From: Candidatus Pacebacteria bacterium CG2_30_36_39
GTDB taxonomy: Bacteria > Patescibacteriota > Microgenomatia > UBA1400 > PJMF01
DNA length: 64,000 nucleotides
Direction of reading: 5' to 3'
Assembly: GCA_001873435.1 (NCBI GenBank)
Contig: MNZB01000002.1
Coordinates: forward strand, 1,620-65,619
Notes under the pieces: model-generated
Database searches by the model: none
What the model saw: only the letters and a program-made list of their open reading frames with translations
Told to the model about the DNA's origin: nothing
Part shown: piece by piece, positions 28,686 to 37,474 of the stretch
How positions within the stretch are numbered: the first letter of the stretch is position 1
How the letters are laid out: every line of letters begins with the position of its first letter
Position numbers and translations under genes: made by a program

Positions 28686-28757
28686 GCACCCATAGTTTAA
28701 GGGATAGAACAGTGGTTTGCGGAACCACTAATCCAGGTTCGAGTCCTGGTGGGTGCA
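28686..28757 (+). tRNA. tRNA-Arg(GCG), CCA not encoded
   Basis: Acceptor stem GCACCCA/TGGGTGC, anticodon arm GTGGT-TTGCGGA-ACCAC, T-arm CCAGG-TTCGAGT-CCTGG, discriminator A. Confidence 0.95.
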
Positions 28758-28794
28758 CTTTTTACAATATTTTTTAGCATGGTAGAAAGATTTA

Positions 28795-29610
28795 TTGATG
28801 TTGGATTTACAACAAGTTCGCCTAGCTATTTCTTCTCTTATTGATTTGACTGATGCTAAGATCATAGCTGGTTTTAGGGGTGGTTTGTTGTCTGTTAAGG
28901 ATAAGGGTGGAAGGGTTGAGACTAATCCAGTGACTGAGGTGGATGGGGCTGTTGAGGATTTGCTTAAAGAGCGTTTATTGAAAGAGTTTCCAGATATTGG
29001 TTTTGTAGGCGAAGAGCATGAGAATGTTATAAAAGAAGAATACAATTGGGTAGTTGATCCTATTGATGGGACTCATAATTTTTCTTTAAAGATTCCTGTT
29101 TTTGCTACTTCTGTGGCTTTATGGCAGAAAAATGAGCCAATTTATGGTGTGATGAGTTTTCCAATGCAGGATCTTAGGGTTGAGGTAATTAAAGACCAAG
29201 GTATCTGGGTTAATGGTGTTAAACAGGATGATTATGATGAGGCTGGTAAGTTTAGTAAGACCCCAGTGATTATGTTTGGGATGGTTGGAGCAAATCATTT
29301 GAAGACGGAGATTATTACTAAGATTGCTGAGCAATATGCTTTGCCTAGGTATGTGGGTAGTGCTGTTTATCATTTGATGATGGTTGGTCTTGGTAAGGCT
29401 GATGCGGCTGCTTTTTGGAATTTGGCTCCTTGGGATTTGGGTTTAGCTAAGTTATTAATGAAGGAGACTGGGCTTGAATACCAAGAGGTGGGTGAGGGTC
29501 TTAATCTTGATTTTAATGGTAAGGATCCTTATCGTTTTAAAGTGGTTTTGGGTAAACAGCCATACGTTAAGTCAGTAGCTGGGATTTTTTCTGAGTTATT
29601 GGATGATTAG
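28795..29610 (+). CDS. Inositol monophosphatase family protein (SuhB-like)
   Basis: VTEVD, GEE, WVVDPIDGTHNF, GSA and PWD. Confidence 0.9.
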   Translation: MMLDLQQVRLAISSLIDLTDAKIIAGFRGGLLSVKDKGGRVETNPVTEVDGAVEDLLKERLLKEFPDIGFVGEEHENVIKEEYNWVVDPIDGTHNFSLKIPVFATSVALWQKNEPIYGVMSFPMQDLRVEVIKDQGIWVNGVKQDDYDEAGKFSKTPVIMFGMVGANHLKTEIITKIAEQYALPRYVGSAVYHLMMVGLGKADAAAFWNLAPWDLGLAKLLMKETGLEYQEVGEGLNLDFNGKDPYRFKVVLGKQPYVKSVAGIFSELLDD

Positions 29611-29614
29611 TATG

Positions 29615-29699
29615 GGAAGGGTCGCATAGTGGTCTATTGCACTGGTTTCGAAAACCAGCGCCCGCAAGGGCATCGTGAGTTCAAATCTCACCCCTTCCG
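29615..29699 (+). tRNA. tRNA-Ser(CGA), long variable arm, CCA not encoded
   Basis: Acceptor GGAAGGG/CCCTTCC, anticodon arm CTGGT-TTCGAAA-ACCAG, variable arm GCCC-GCAA-GGGC, T-arm GTGAG-TTCAAAT-CTCAC, discriminator G. Confidence 0.95.
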
Positions 29700-29730
29700 C
29701 AAAGAATATTATTAATTAAAGAACAACGCA

Positions 29731-29982
29731 ATGAATGAAGAAGTAACTAAAGCCGCTTTAGAAAATGCCACTGTAGAAGACTTAAAGTTTTTATCAGTAG
29801 AAGAAAAAACCGCTCTTCTAAAAGCTCTTGATATTAAAAAAGCTAATTTCTCAATTACAACACCCTGGACAGAAAACAATCGTTTGGTTTGGCTAGCTTT
29901 AAAAGCTGAGCTAGAATCTGAACCAGAACCAGAAAAAATTACATTCATCGCAGAAAAAGATCGTAAACCCTGGCAAAGATAA
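29731..29982 (+). CDS. Small hypothetical protein
   Basis: 83-aa charged ORF directly after tRNA-Ser; no family recognised. Confidence 0.5.
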   Translation: MNEEVTKAALENATVEDLKFLSVEEKTALLKALDIKKANFSITTPWTENNRLVWLALKAELESEPEPEKITFIAEKDRKPWQR

Positions 29983-30183
29983 ATTATAAACAATAAATAT
30001 TGTAACAAAATTATCCTATTAAAAACATTCTAAGGCCACTATTTGTCAAATTAGTGCTAGAATATAAGCTATAAATTGTTAAAGAAGAAATTATTCTTCA
30101 CTTAATTTATCTATATCGATTTCGATATTTTTGTTTATTACTTCTGTTTTGCCATACACAGCATCTAGAAGGAAAGGTTTTAT

Positions 30184-31251
30184 TTGTTGAAGCTCATTTA
30201 TAATTATTTTTCTCCTCATGGACTTGAAAAAAGTAAAAACATCAGCAACAGCTCACGTCTAGTATTAAAAGAAGCAGAAAAACTGGGTATTACTTGGAAG
30301 ATTATTCCTGGCACAGAAATCATTACCTTAAATTATCATGGCAAAGAAGAATCATATTTTCATCAGATCCCTACAAGCACCACAGCGCTGGGCATCTACG
30401 CCTGCAATAATAAGAAAACTACCATCAACCTATTGAGACAGGCTGGTCTTTGCGTGCCAAGAGGCTACAGAATTAGCAAAGAACACAATGAAGACTATCT
30501 AAAAGAAGTATTTAACTTTTTAGCTAAACCACTAGTAATAAAACCAGGTGGTGGAACCTGGGGGGAAAACATTACTGTCAATGTAACCTCATACAAAGAC
30601 TATTTAAATGCTATTAAGCTAGCTTTCAATTATTCTTCCAGAAAAACTGCGGGAGCCATTGTGGAAGAAATGTTTTTTGGAGAAGAATATCGAATTTTAT
30701 TAACTAGAAAAAAAATAATTGGAGTCTTACAAAGAATTCCTGCCAACGTCATTGGCGATGGAATTCTCACAATCAAAGAACTAATTAAACTAAAAAATCA
30801 AGAAGACATAAGAGGTTCCAAAGGCAGCGATAAGTCTCATCTACGCATAATCATTGATATTAAACTTAGAGAATATTTAAAAGAACAAAACCTTGATTTA
30901 GATAGTGTTGTCGAAAAAGGAAAAAGAATATATCTTCGCAAAGTTTCTAATGTCTCTCAGGGAGGAGATGCTATAGATTTCACTGATCAAGTACATCCCA
31001 GCGTTAAAAAAATTGCCTTGCAAGCAATTAATGCTATCCCTGGCCTTTCATTTGCTGGTTTGGATTTTATGAGTAAAGATATTACCAAAGAACAAACTAA
31101 AGGAAATTATGTGATCATCGAAGTCAATGACTCTCCAGGATTTGATATTCATGATTTTCCATATCAAGGAAAAAAACGTTATGCAGCTAGAGAATTTTTA
31201 TTTTTAATATTTCCAGAATTAAAATCCAACCTTGAACGTGATATAAAATAG
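30184..31251 (+). CDS. Stand-alone ATP-grasp ligase of the cyanophycin synthetase / GshF ATP-grasp type
   Basis: PLVIKP, IVEE...GEEYRI, RIPANVIGDG..TIKELI..KN, NVSQGG..DFTDQVHP, GLDF and IIEVNDSPG. No Mur-ligase domain. Confidence 0.85.
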   Translation: MLKLIYNYFSPHGLEKSKNISNSSRLVLKEAEKLGITWKIIPGTEIITLNYHGKEESYFHQIPTSTTALGIYACNNKKTTINLLRQAGLCVPRGYRISKEHNEDYLKEVFNFLAKPLVIKPGGGTWGENITVNVTSYKDYLNAIKLAFNYSSRKTAGAIVEEMFFGEEYRILLTRKKIIGVLQRIPANVIGDGILTIKELIKLKNQEDIRGSKGSDKSHLRIIIDIKLREYLKEQNLDLDSVVEKGKRIYLRKVSNVSQGGDAIDFTDQVHPSVKKIALQAINAIPGLSFAGLDFMSKDITKEQTKGNYVIIEVNDSPGFDIHDFPYQGKKRYAAREFLFLIFPELKSNLERDIK

Positions 31252-31255
31252 TTAT

Positions 31256-31594
31256 ATGTCACCACTAGAATTTGGCTTACGTAACCCAGAACAAGACTTC
31301 CAAGAGCAGAGTGAAATTCTTAAGGCCAATGGATGGGAGCTGGTTGATAAACCAGTATCCAAAGTAATAGTCAGCAAATTACCAGTCATTGGTTTGGAAT
31401 TTAAAGTAGATCAACAAAGTGGCTCACTATTCCAAAGAACAGACAAGGCCAAATCTTCTTTTAAACATAGCCTTGGCAGTGGCAAAACAACGACTTTTGT
31501 AACTAAATATATTTTTATTTCCAGAAAAAACTTTAGAGCCGGACTAAACTTTTATGCCGGTGGCACCATGATTGGTGCTTGCGACTTTGAATAA
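31256..31594 (+). CDS. Hypothetical protein
   Basis: 112-aa ORF coupled to its neighbours (TAATG overlap with the next gene). Confidence 0.5.
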   Translation: MSPLEFGLRNPEQDFQEQSEILKANGWELVDKPVSKVIVSKLPVIGLEFKVDQQSGSLFQRTDKAKSSFKHSLGSGKTTTFVTKYIFISRKNFRAGLNFYAGGTMIGACDFE

Positions 31595-31854
31595 TGATAA
31601 ATTCAGTTAATAAAAAAAATTGGTGTATTTATATCTTATTATGCAGAGATGGATCTTTATATACGGGCTCCACAAACGACTTGGAGAATAGAATCAAAAC
31701 TCATTCCCTTGGTAAGGGAGCAAAATATACGAGAAGTCGTTTGCCAGTTAAATTATTTTATTTTGAAAATCTTATTAACCAGTCAGAAGCACTGAAAAGA
31801 GAAGCCCAAATAAAAAAACTTTCTAGAAAAGAAAAACTAAAACTTTCAAAATGA
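31594..31854 (+). CDS. GIY-YIG nuclease family protein (YhbQ/UPF0213-like)
   Basis: YILLCRDGSLYTGSTNDL..R...H..GKGAKYT and ALKREAQIKKL. Confidence 0.92.
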   Translation: MINSVNKKNWCIYILLCRDGSLYTGSTNDLENRIKTHSLGKGAKYTRSRLPVKLFYFENLINQSEALKREAQIKKLSRKEKLKLSK

Positions 31855-31915
31855 AACAATAAAAAATATTGATAATCGTGATACTATTCTATTTAGGTTT
31901 TACTCTATAAAACAA

Positions 31916-32947
31916 TTGAATGAGTCGATGAATAAAACAAAAACTTGGAAAGTTGCTCTAATTGGTTGTGGTAGATTTGGAGAAAAAAGACTAATGTCCT
32001 GTTTGTCTTTAAAAGACAAACTTGAATTGGTTGCTATTTGCGATGAAGACAATAATAAACTGACAAAAATATCCACAAAATTTAAATTAAATAATATTTC
32101 TTCTTATCTAGATTACAAAAAGTTATTCAAAGAACAAAAACTAGACTTAGTTATCATTGCTACGCCTAATTTTTTGCATGCAACCATAGCAAAAACAGCA
32201 CTAAAAAACGGCATTAACGTATTAATTGAAAAACCAATTGCTCATACATTAGCAGCTGCAAAAATCCTACAAAAATTAGTGGATAAAACACCAGACAAAA
32301 AAAATCCTTGGATAAAAATTGGTTCCAACCATCGCTTTATTGGTCCTTTGAAATATCTTATTAATAGGGTTGAAAAGAAAGACTTTGGCAAAATATATGC
32401 AGTCCAAGCCTCTATTGGCACGAATGCAAATAGCACTCAAACTTGTTGGTTTGCAAATAAATTGATGTCTGGGGGTGGGGCATTATTGGATAATGGATTT
32501 CATTTGGTAGAAATAGCAACATCATTTTTAGAACCAATAGACAGAGTCACTGGCCAAATTAATAATTATCATTTTACTAAGTCATCGGTTGAAGACAATG
32601 CAACGGCTATATTGATAAGTAAAACAGGACAAAAAGCAGTTTTATCCAGCAGTTGGACTCAATGGGGAGATTATTTGCACTTAGAACTTTGGTCTGAAAA
32701 AGCTCAAATTGTAGTTAGGGTTGGTTTGCATAATGATATCCAAATTAATTGGTGCGATCCTGCAAAACTAGAAGTCATAACAGAATTTGGAAACACCAGC
32801 TCCCATGACCAAGAGCTAGAATATTTAGTTAATTGTTTAAGTAACAATAAAATTCCTTTACCATCATTTTCAACAATGCTCAGAACACAAGAAATAATTG
32901 AAGCAGTTTATTCTGGAGCAAAACAAGTTAAGTGGAAAAAAATATGA
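31916..32947 (+). CDS. Gfo/Idh/MocA family NAD-dependent (sugar) oxidoreductase
   Basis: IGCGRFG, IATPNFLH, VLIEKP and GGGALLDNGFH. Confidence 0.9.
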   Translation: MNESMNKTKTWKVALIGCGRFGEKRLMSCLSLKDKLELVAICDEDNNKLTKISTKFKLNNISSYLDYKKLFKEQKLDLVIIATPNFLHATIAKTALKNGINVLIEKPIAHTLAAAKILQKLVDKTPDKKNPWIKIGSNHRFIGPLKYLINRVEKKDFGKIYAVQASIGTNANSTQTCWFANKLMSGGGALLDNGFHLVEIATSFLEPIDRVTGQINNYHFTKSSVEDNATAILISKTGQKAVLSSSWTQWGDYLHLELWSEKAQIVVRVGLHNDIQINWCDPAKLEVITEFGNTSSHDQELEYLVNCLSNNKIPLPSFSTMLRTQEIIEAVYSGAKQVKWKKI

Positions 32948-34059
32948 TCCCTGTTAATAGACCAAAAACTCCTAAAAAATCTTTGCAATATACAAAAAAA
33001 TGTTTAAAGAGCGGTTGGCTCTCTAGCTTGGGTTCATACGTAACTGAATTTGAACAATCATTCGCAAAATATATTGGTGTTAAATATGCAGTTAGCGTTA
33101 ATTCTGGTACAACTGCTCTACACACTGCTCTATTGGGATTGGGAATTGGCTCAGGAGATGAAGTGATTTTGCCAGCTTCAACCATTGGCTCATGTTATTT
33201 TGCTATTTGGTATGTTGGAGCCAAAGCAGTTGCAGTTGACGTTGATCCTAGGAGCTATAACATTGATCCAAATCTTATTGAGGCAAAAATTACCAATAAA
33301 ACCAAAGCAATCATGGTAGTTCATTTATATGGTCAGCCAGCTGAAATGAATGCCATTATGAAGATTGCCAAAAAACATAAGCTCATGGTTATAGAAGATG
33401 CAGCTGAAGCTCATGGAGCAGAGTATTATGGCAAAAAAGTAGGTAGTATTGGTGATGTTGCTTGCTTTAGTTTTTACGCTAATAAAATTGTTACCAGTGG
33501 CGAGGGCGGAATGGTAATAACAAATAATAAGAAGTTGGCTGATAAATGTAGAAAACTACGTAATTATAATTTTTCTCCCAAAAAAAGATTCATTCATGAC
33601 GGTATCGGTTACAACTATGTAATGAGCAATCTTCAAGCTGCGATCGGGCTTGCTTCATTGGAAGAAATAAGTAGCTCTTTGGCTTATAAACAAAAGCTAG
33701 CTAGTTTTTATACTAAGTCTTTAAAAGACATAAACGGATTACAATTACCAATAGAAATTCCTAACTGTAAAAATGCTCATTGGATGTATGTTGTCTTGGT
33801 TGATAAAAAGAAATTTGGTTTAAGTAGAGATCAGCTTTCAGAAAAGTTAATGTCTGAATATGGAATTCAAACCAGAGATTTTTTCTACCCGCCAGAATTG
33901 GCATTTCCTTTTTGCAATGATTTCAAGAATAAAGAAAATCCTATTGCGGCAAAAATTGCGAGAGATGGATTATATTTGCCATCCGGCATAGGTAATACTA
34001 TGAGTGAATTTAGGTTGACTGTAAAAGCAATTAAGAGTCTTTATAGTGGCAATCAATAA
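32944..34059 (+). CDS. DegT/DnrJ/EryC1/StrS sugar aminotransferase (perosamine synthase-like)
   Basis: NSGTTALH, VHLYG, IEDAAEAHG and FSFYANKIVTSGEGG (PLP Lys). ATGA overlap with the oxidoreductase gene. Confidence 0.92.
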   Translation: MIPVNRPKTPKKSLQYTKKCLKSGWLSSLGSYVTEFEQSFAKYIGVKYAVSVNSGTTALHTALLGLGIGSGDEVILPASTIGSCYFAIWYVGAKAVAVDVDPRSYNIDPNLIEAKITNKTKAIMVVHLYGQPAEMNAIMKIAKKHKLMVIEDAAEAHGAEYYGKKVGSIGDVACFSFYANKIVTSGEGGMVITNNKKLADKCRKLRNYNFSPKKRFIHDGIGYNYVMSNLQAAIGLASLEEISSSLAYKQKLASFYTKSLKDINGLQLPIEIPNCKNAHWMYVVLVDKKKFGLSRDQLSEKLMSEYGIQTRDFFYPPELAFPFCNDFKNKENPIAAKIARDGLYLPSGIGNTMSEFRLTVKAIKSLYSGNQ

Positions 34060-35719
34060 TTAAATAAAAATCTGTATTATAATTTTTAACTTGTTCACAA
34101 CCATCCAATAGTTCCAACAGCAATTGGAAGAAATTAGTTTCATTCCAAGTATTGAAATTTTCATAAATATACTGATTGATAGCGAAAACAAAATGCTTGC
34201 TATTAACAGCTTGCCACTCTGGAAGCAGATAAATCTTATCTAAGTTTAGACAAGTATTTTTATATTCCTCATCACTTAATTTTGTTTTTAGTTGACTACA
34301 ATTTAATAAATGATTTTTTAGAAGATTATTTAATCTTAATTGTTGTTTTTCAAAAACACTATTCTCTTTGTACTCAAAGACAACACTTTCCCAGAATGGA
34401 AATAAAATTAGTTGTGTTTTATCATCAACCAAATTGGTAGTATTTTTGATTAAACTATCAATTATTAGTCCACTATAAAAATAGCTGTCATGATGAAAAT
34501 CATAACCTTCTGAATCTTTTATAAAATTATACCTAGCTAAATATTGAAATATTCCAGTTATTAGAATAATGATAAAAACTATTATTTTTACATTATTTTT
34601 AACTTGTTTATTTTTTATAAAAACAATCCAAGTATATATGAGTATTGGAATAATTAGACAAATTAATAGGGCTGGAATTACCCAACCCCTAAGTAAAAGA
34701 ATTGCTGGTAAAAAATTAGAAATAACCAAGAAAGAACTAGTTAGTAAAACAAACCAAGTAGAGAGAAAATTTAGAATAGGATTTGGCTTGTTTTTGAGAT
34801 ATTTATTTAAATTAAATATCATCCAAATGAAAAATATAAATATAAAAATAGGTAAGTAGTTATCTTTAACAAGATAACTATAGGTATTAATAGACATTAA
34901 TTCTGAAATTAGTTTTATTAATGAATTGATCGGAGCGAAACTTTGATTGTTTGTAATTACTTTATTGAAGTTTATTAGTGAATAATATATTCCGATTATT
35001 ATAATTGGAATAATTGATAAGACTAAAATTTTAATTTGTTTTTTTAACCAATCCACTTGCTCTTTTTTTTGTTTGTAGATTCCAATAGCAAAAAAACTAA
35101 CAAATAAACTACCCATGAATGGGTAAAATAAAAATGAAGTTAAAACACCAAAAAAACAAAAGATTGCCAGCATTTTAAAATATTTGGTAATATTTTTATT
35201 TTTATTTATTAAAGCATCTAAAATTTTAACGCCATAATAAATAACTCCAGCACCAATAAATTGCAGAATGCTATAGTCTCTAATTGGCCAACTAGTATGA
35301 ATTAAAACAGGATGAAGACTGGCAAACAATAATCCGTAAATAGCCAGCTCTTTATTAATTGTTTTTAATGTTTTAAATAAAATAAACAAAGCACCAAGTG
35401 AAAACAATAAACTTGGAATTCTTAAAAACAAATAATTATCAGAAACATTCAAAAGAATTTTGGTGATTAGATATAAGATTGATGGGCGATCATCTGGTGG
35501 AGTAATAACGTGCTGAATATAGGTATTATCTTGAGAAATTTGGTAAGTAAATCTTTCGTCTAATCCTAATTTAGCCGTAAAACTTAGATAAGCTCTCAAG
35601 ATGAAAGCAATAAAAAAGATTGCTATTATCACTTGGTTGTAGCTAATTTTAAAAGATTTATTATTTATTAACATAAATATTGTACTTAGAGCATAGTGTC
35701 TATCTGGTTTTATTGTCAA
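34031..35719 (-). CDS. GT-C fold membrane glycosyltransferase (PMT/ArnT-like)
   Basis: LR...LGLDE first-loop motif, P.LY, LRIPSLLFS and many TMs. The true start is probably the later MLINNK. Confidence 0.7.
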   Translation of the reverse strand: MTIKPDRHYALSTIFMLINNKSFKISYNQVIIAIFFIAFILRAYLSFTAKLGLDERFTYQISQDNTYIQHVITPPDDRPSILYLITKILLNVSDNYLFLRIPSLLFSLGALFILFKTLKTINKELAIYGLLFASLHPVLIHTSWPIRDYSILQFIGAGVIYYGVKILDALINKNKNITKYFKMLAIFCFFGVLTSFLFYPFMGSLFVSFFAIGIYKQKKEQVDWLKKQIKILVLSIIPIIIIGIYYSLINFNKVITNNQSFAPINSLIKLISELMSINTYSYLVKDNYLPIFIFIFFIWMIFNLNKYLKNKPNPILNFLSTWFVLLTSSFLVISNFLPAILLLRGWVIPALLICLIIPILIYTWIVFIKNKQVKNNVKIIVFIIILITGIFQYLARYNFIKDSEGYDFHHDSYFYSGLIIDSLIKNTTNLVDDKTQLILFPFWESVVFEYKENSVFEKQQLRLNNLLKNHLLNCSQLKTKLSDEEYKNTCLNLDKIYLLPEWQAVNSKHFVFAINQYIYENFNTWNETNFFQLLLELLDGCEQVKNYNTDFYLIIDCHYKDS

Positions 35720-35766
35720 TCTCTTTTGCTTTGCGGATTAGGTTTTATGTGTAAGAATGGAGCCAT

Positions 35767-37455
35767 ATGTTTTTGCTAAAGAAAAAAAGCTTTTTTTCTT
35801 GGGATAAGGTCTCAAAGTTATTGGTTTCGTATTTTCCATTATTTTTAATTATTATTATTGCCCTTTATCTCCGTCTAAATCATCTAAACAGATCTGTCTG
35901 GTTGCAACCAGGATATGACGAGAGTAGAGACATGTTGGTTGCCAGCCACATTATTAATAACGGAGAAAATATCAACAGAGGTCCTTTGGCAGCTGGAGGA
36001 ATGAATTGGTTGCAAAATTCACCATTTTATTACTACTTAGTGAGTTGTATTTGGTTTATTACTAAAAATCCAGTTTCTTTTATGTATTTTTGGGCAGTTT
36101 TAATGACAACCCCAGTGATATTGGGTTATTTAATTGGATCAAAGCTAAAAGATTCTAGGCTTGGTTATATTTTAGCAACTATTTTGGCTGTTAATTATCA
36201 AATGGTATACAGTAGTAGAGAATTATTACAACCACATTTGCTTTTAATTTTTTCTTTGGCTTTTATCTTAGCTACTATTTCATTTTTAAAAACTAAAAAA
36301 AGAAAATTATTTTATTTAAATTTATTAATATTTTTATTATTTTTCCCAATTCACATACATTATGGAGTATTAATAGTTTTGCCGATTGGTTTTGTTTTTA
36401 GTTTTTATCATTGGATAAAACTTAATAAAGATAATCATTATTCTTCCTTGGGTATTATTTTTTGGCCAGTAATGGTGTTGTTTAATATATTTTTATCATG
36501 GTTGTTTTTAACTTTTAAAGAGAAACCATTTGATCAGCTGTATTTTTTAAAATTTAATAATGAAGCAAAAGATATTTCCAGTGTTGTAGATGTTGTAAAA
36601 CAAATGTACCTATTACTCAATAAAATGATTTGGGGTAGTGAATCTTTGCCAAAATATTTGCTTCTAATTATTTTTGTTGGCTTTTTTATAGTTGTATATC
36701 GTTTTTTGGGTACAAGAAAAAATATATATAAGTTTGTTAAGTCAGTTGATTCTAAATTAATTTCTTTTTTAATAATATTTTCTTCATCTTTATTATTATT
36801 TTATTTTTATCATTGGAATATTTCTGCAACCTATATTTTATATATTTTTCCTTTTATTTTAGTGCTTTTTTCATATCTACTTTATAGTTTGTTTTCAGTT
36901 AATAAATATCTTGCTTTTGGTTGTATTGGTTTTGTAATTTTAAATATGCTTCTTATGACTGATTTCAATATTAAAAATAATTTACCAGTCAAATCTTTTC
37001 ACGATCAACAACAAGAACTTGCAAAAATAATTTATGATGACTACAAAAAGTCAGCTGTAGAAGATGATAGTTTTACTCAACCAAGATTATTATTAACTTG
37101 GTACACCACAATCAAAAATATGCCTTATGACGCTTGGGGTACTAGTGGTGTTTGGTTTTATTTGGAAAATTATTTTAATGAGCCTTTGGTATATAACGTA
37201 AATTATGGTTTGAATCATGCTCCATTATTTAGAGATCCAAAAATACTTTATATGGTTTGCGATCATCGTCGTGATTCTGATTTGATTAAAGCAGAATGTT
37301 TAGATAGATTTTTAGATTCATATCCGGTTAATCTTGAAACTCTAAAAGAATTATCGGTTGGACAATATATCTCATTATGGAGAATTGAATTGAGAGATGA
37401 CACTAATGTTCCTATTAGAAATGTTGTTCATAAAGATTATTTAATTAAGAATTAA
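35767..37455 (+). CDS. GT-C fold membrane glycosyltransferase (PMT/ArnT-like)
   Basis: LRL...YDESRD...GP...SPFYYYL, multiple TMs and a C-terminal soluble domain. Confidence 0.75.
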   Translation: MFLLKKKSFFSWDKVSKLLVSYFPLFLIIIIALYLRLNHLNRSVWLQPGYDESRDMLVASHIINNGENINRGPLAAGGMNWLQNSPFYYYLVSCIWFITKNPVSFMYFWAVLMTTPVILGYLIGSKLKDSRLGYILATILAVNYQMVYSSRELLQPHLLLIFSLAFILATISFLKTKKRKLFYLNLLIFLLFFPIHIHYGVLIVLPIGFVFSFYHWIKLNKDNHYSSLGIIFWPVMVLFNIFLSWLFLTFKEKPFDQLYFLKFNNEAKDISSVVDVVKQMYLLLNKMIWGSESLPKYLLLIIFVGFFIVVYRFLGTRKNIYKFVKSVDSKLISFLIIFSSSLLLFYFYHWNISATYILYIFPFILVLFSYLLYSLFSVNKYLAFGCIGFVILNMLLMTDFNIKNNLPVKSFHDQQQELAKIIYDDYKKSAVEDDSFTQPRLLLTWYTTIKNMPYDAWGTSGVWFYLENYFNEPLVYNVNYGLNHAPLFRDPKILYMVCDHRRDSDLIKAECLDRFLDSYPVNLETLKELSVGQYISLWRIELRDDTNVPIRNVVHKDYLIKN

Positions 37456-37474
37456 TTCATTATGAAATAGAAAA

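Noticed and set aside
31594-31854. GIY-YIG protein as a homing endonuclease or mobile element marker
   Set aside because: It is an 86-aa stand-alone YhbQ/UPF0213-type protein with no DNA-binding extension and no intron or intein context.
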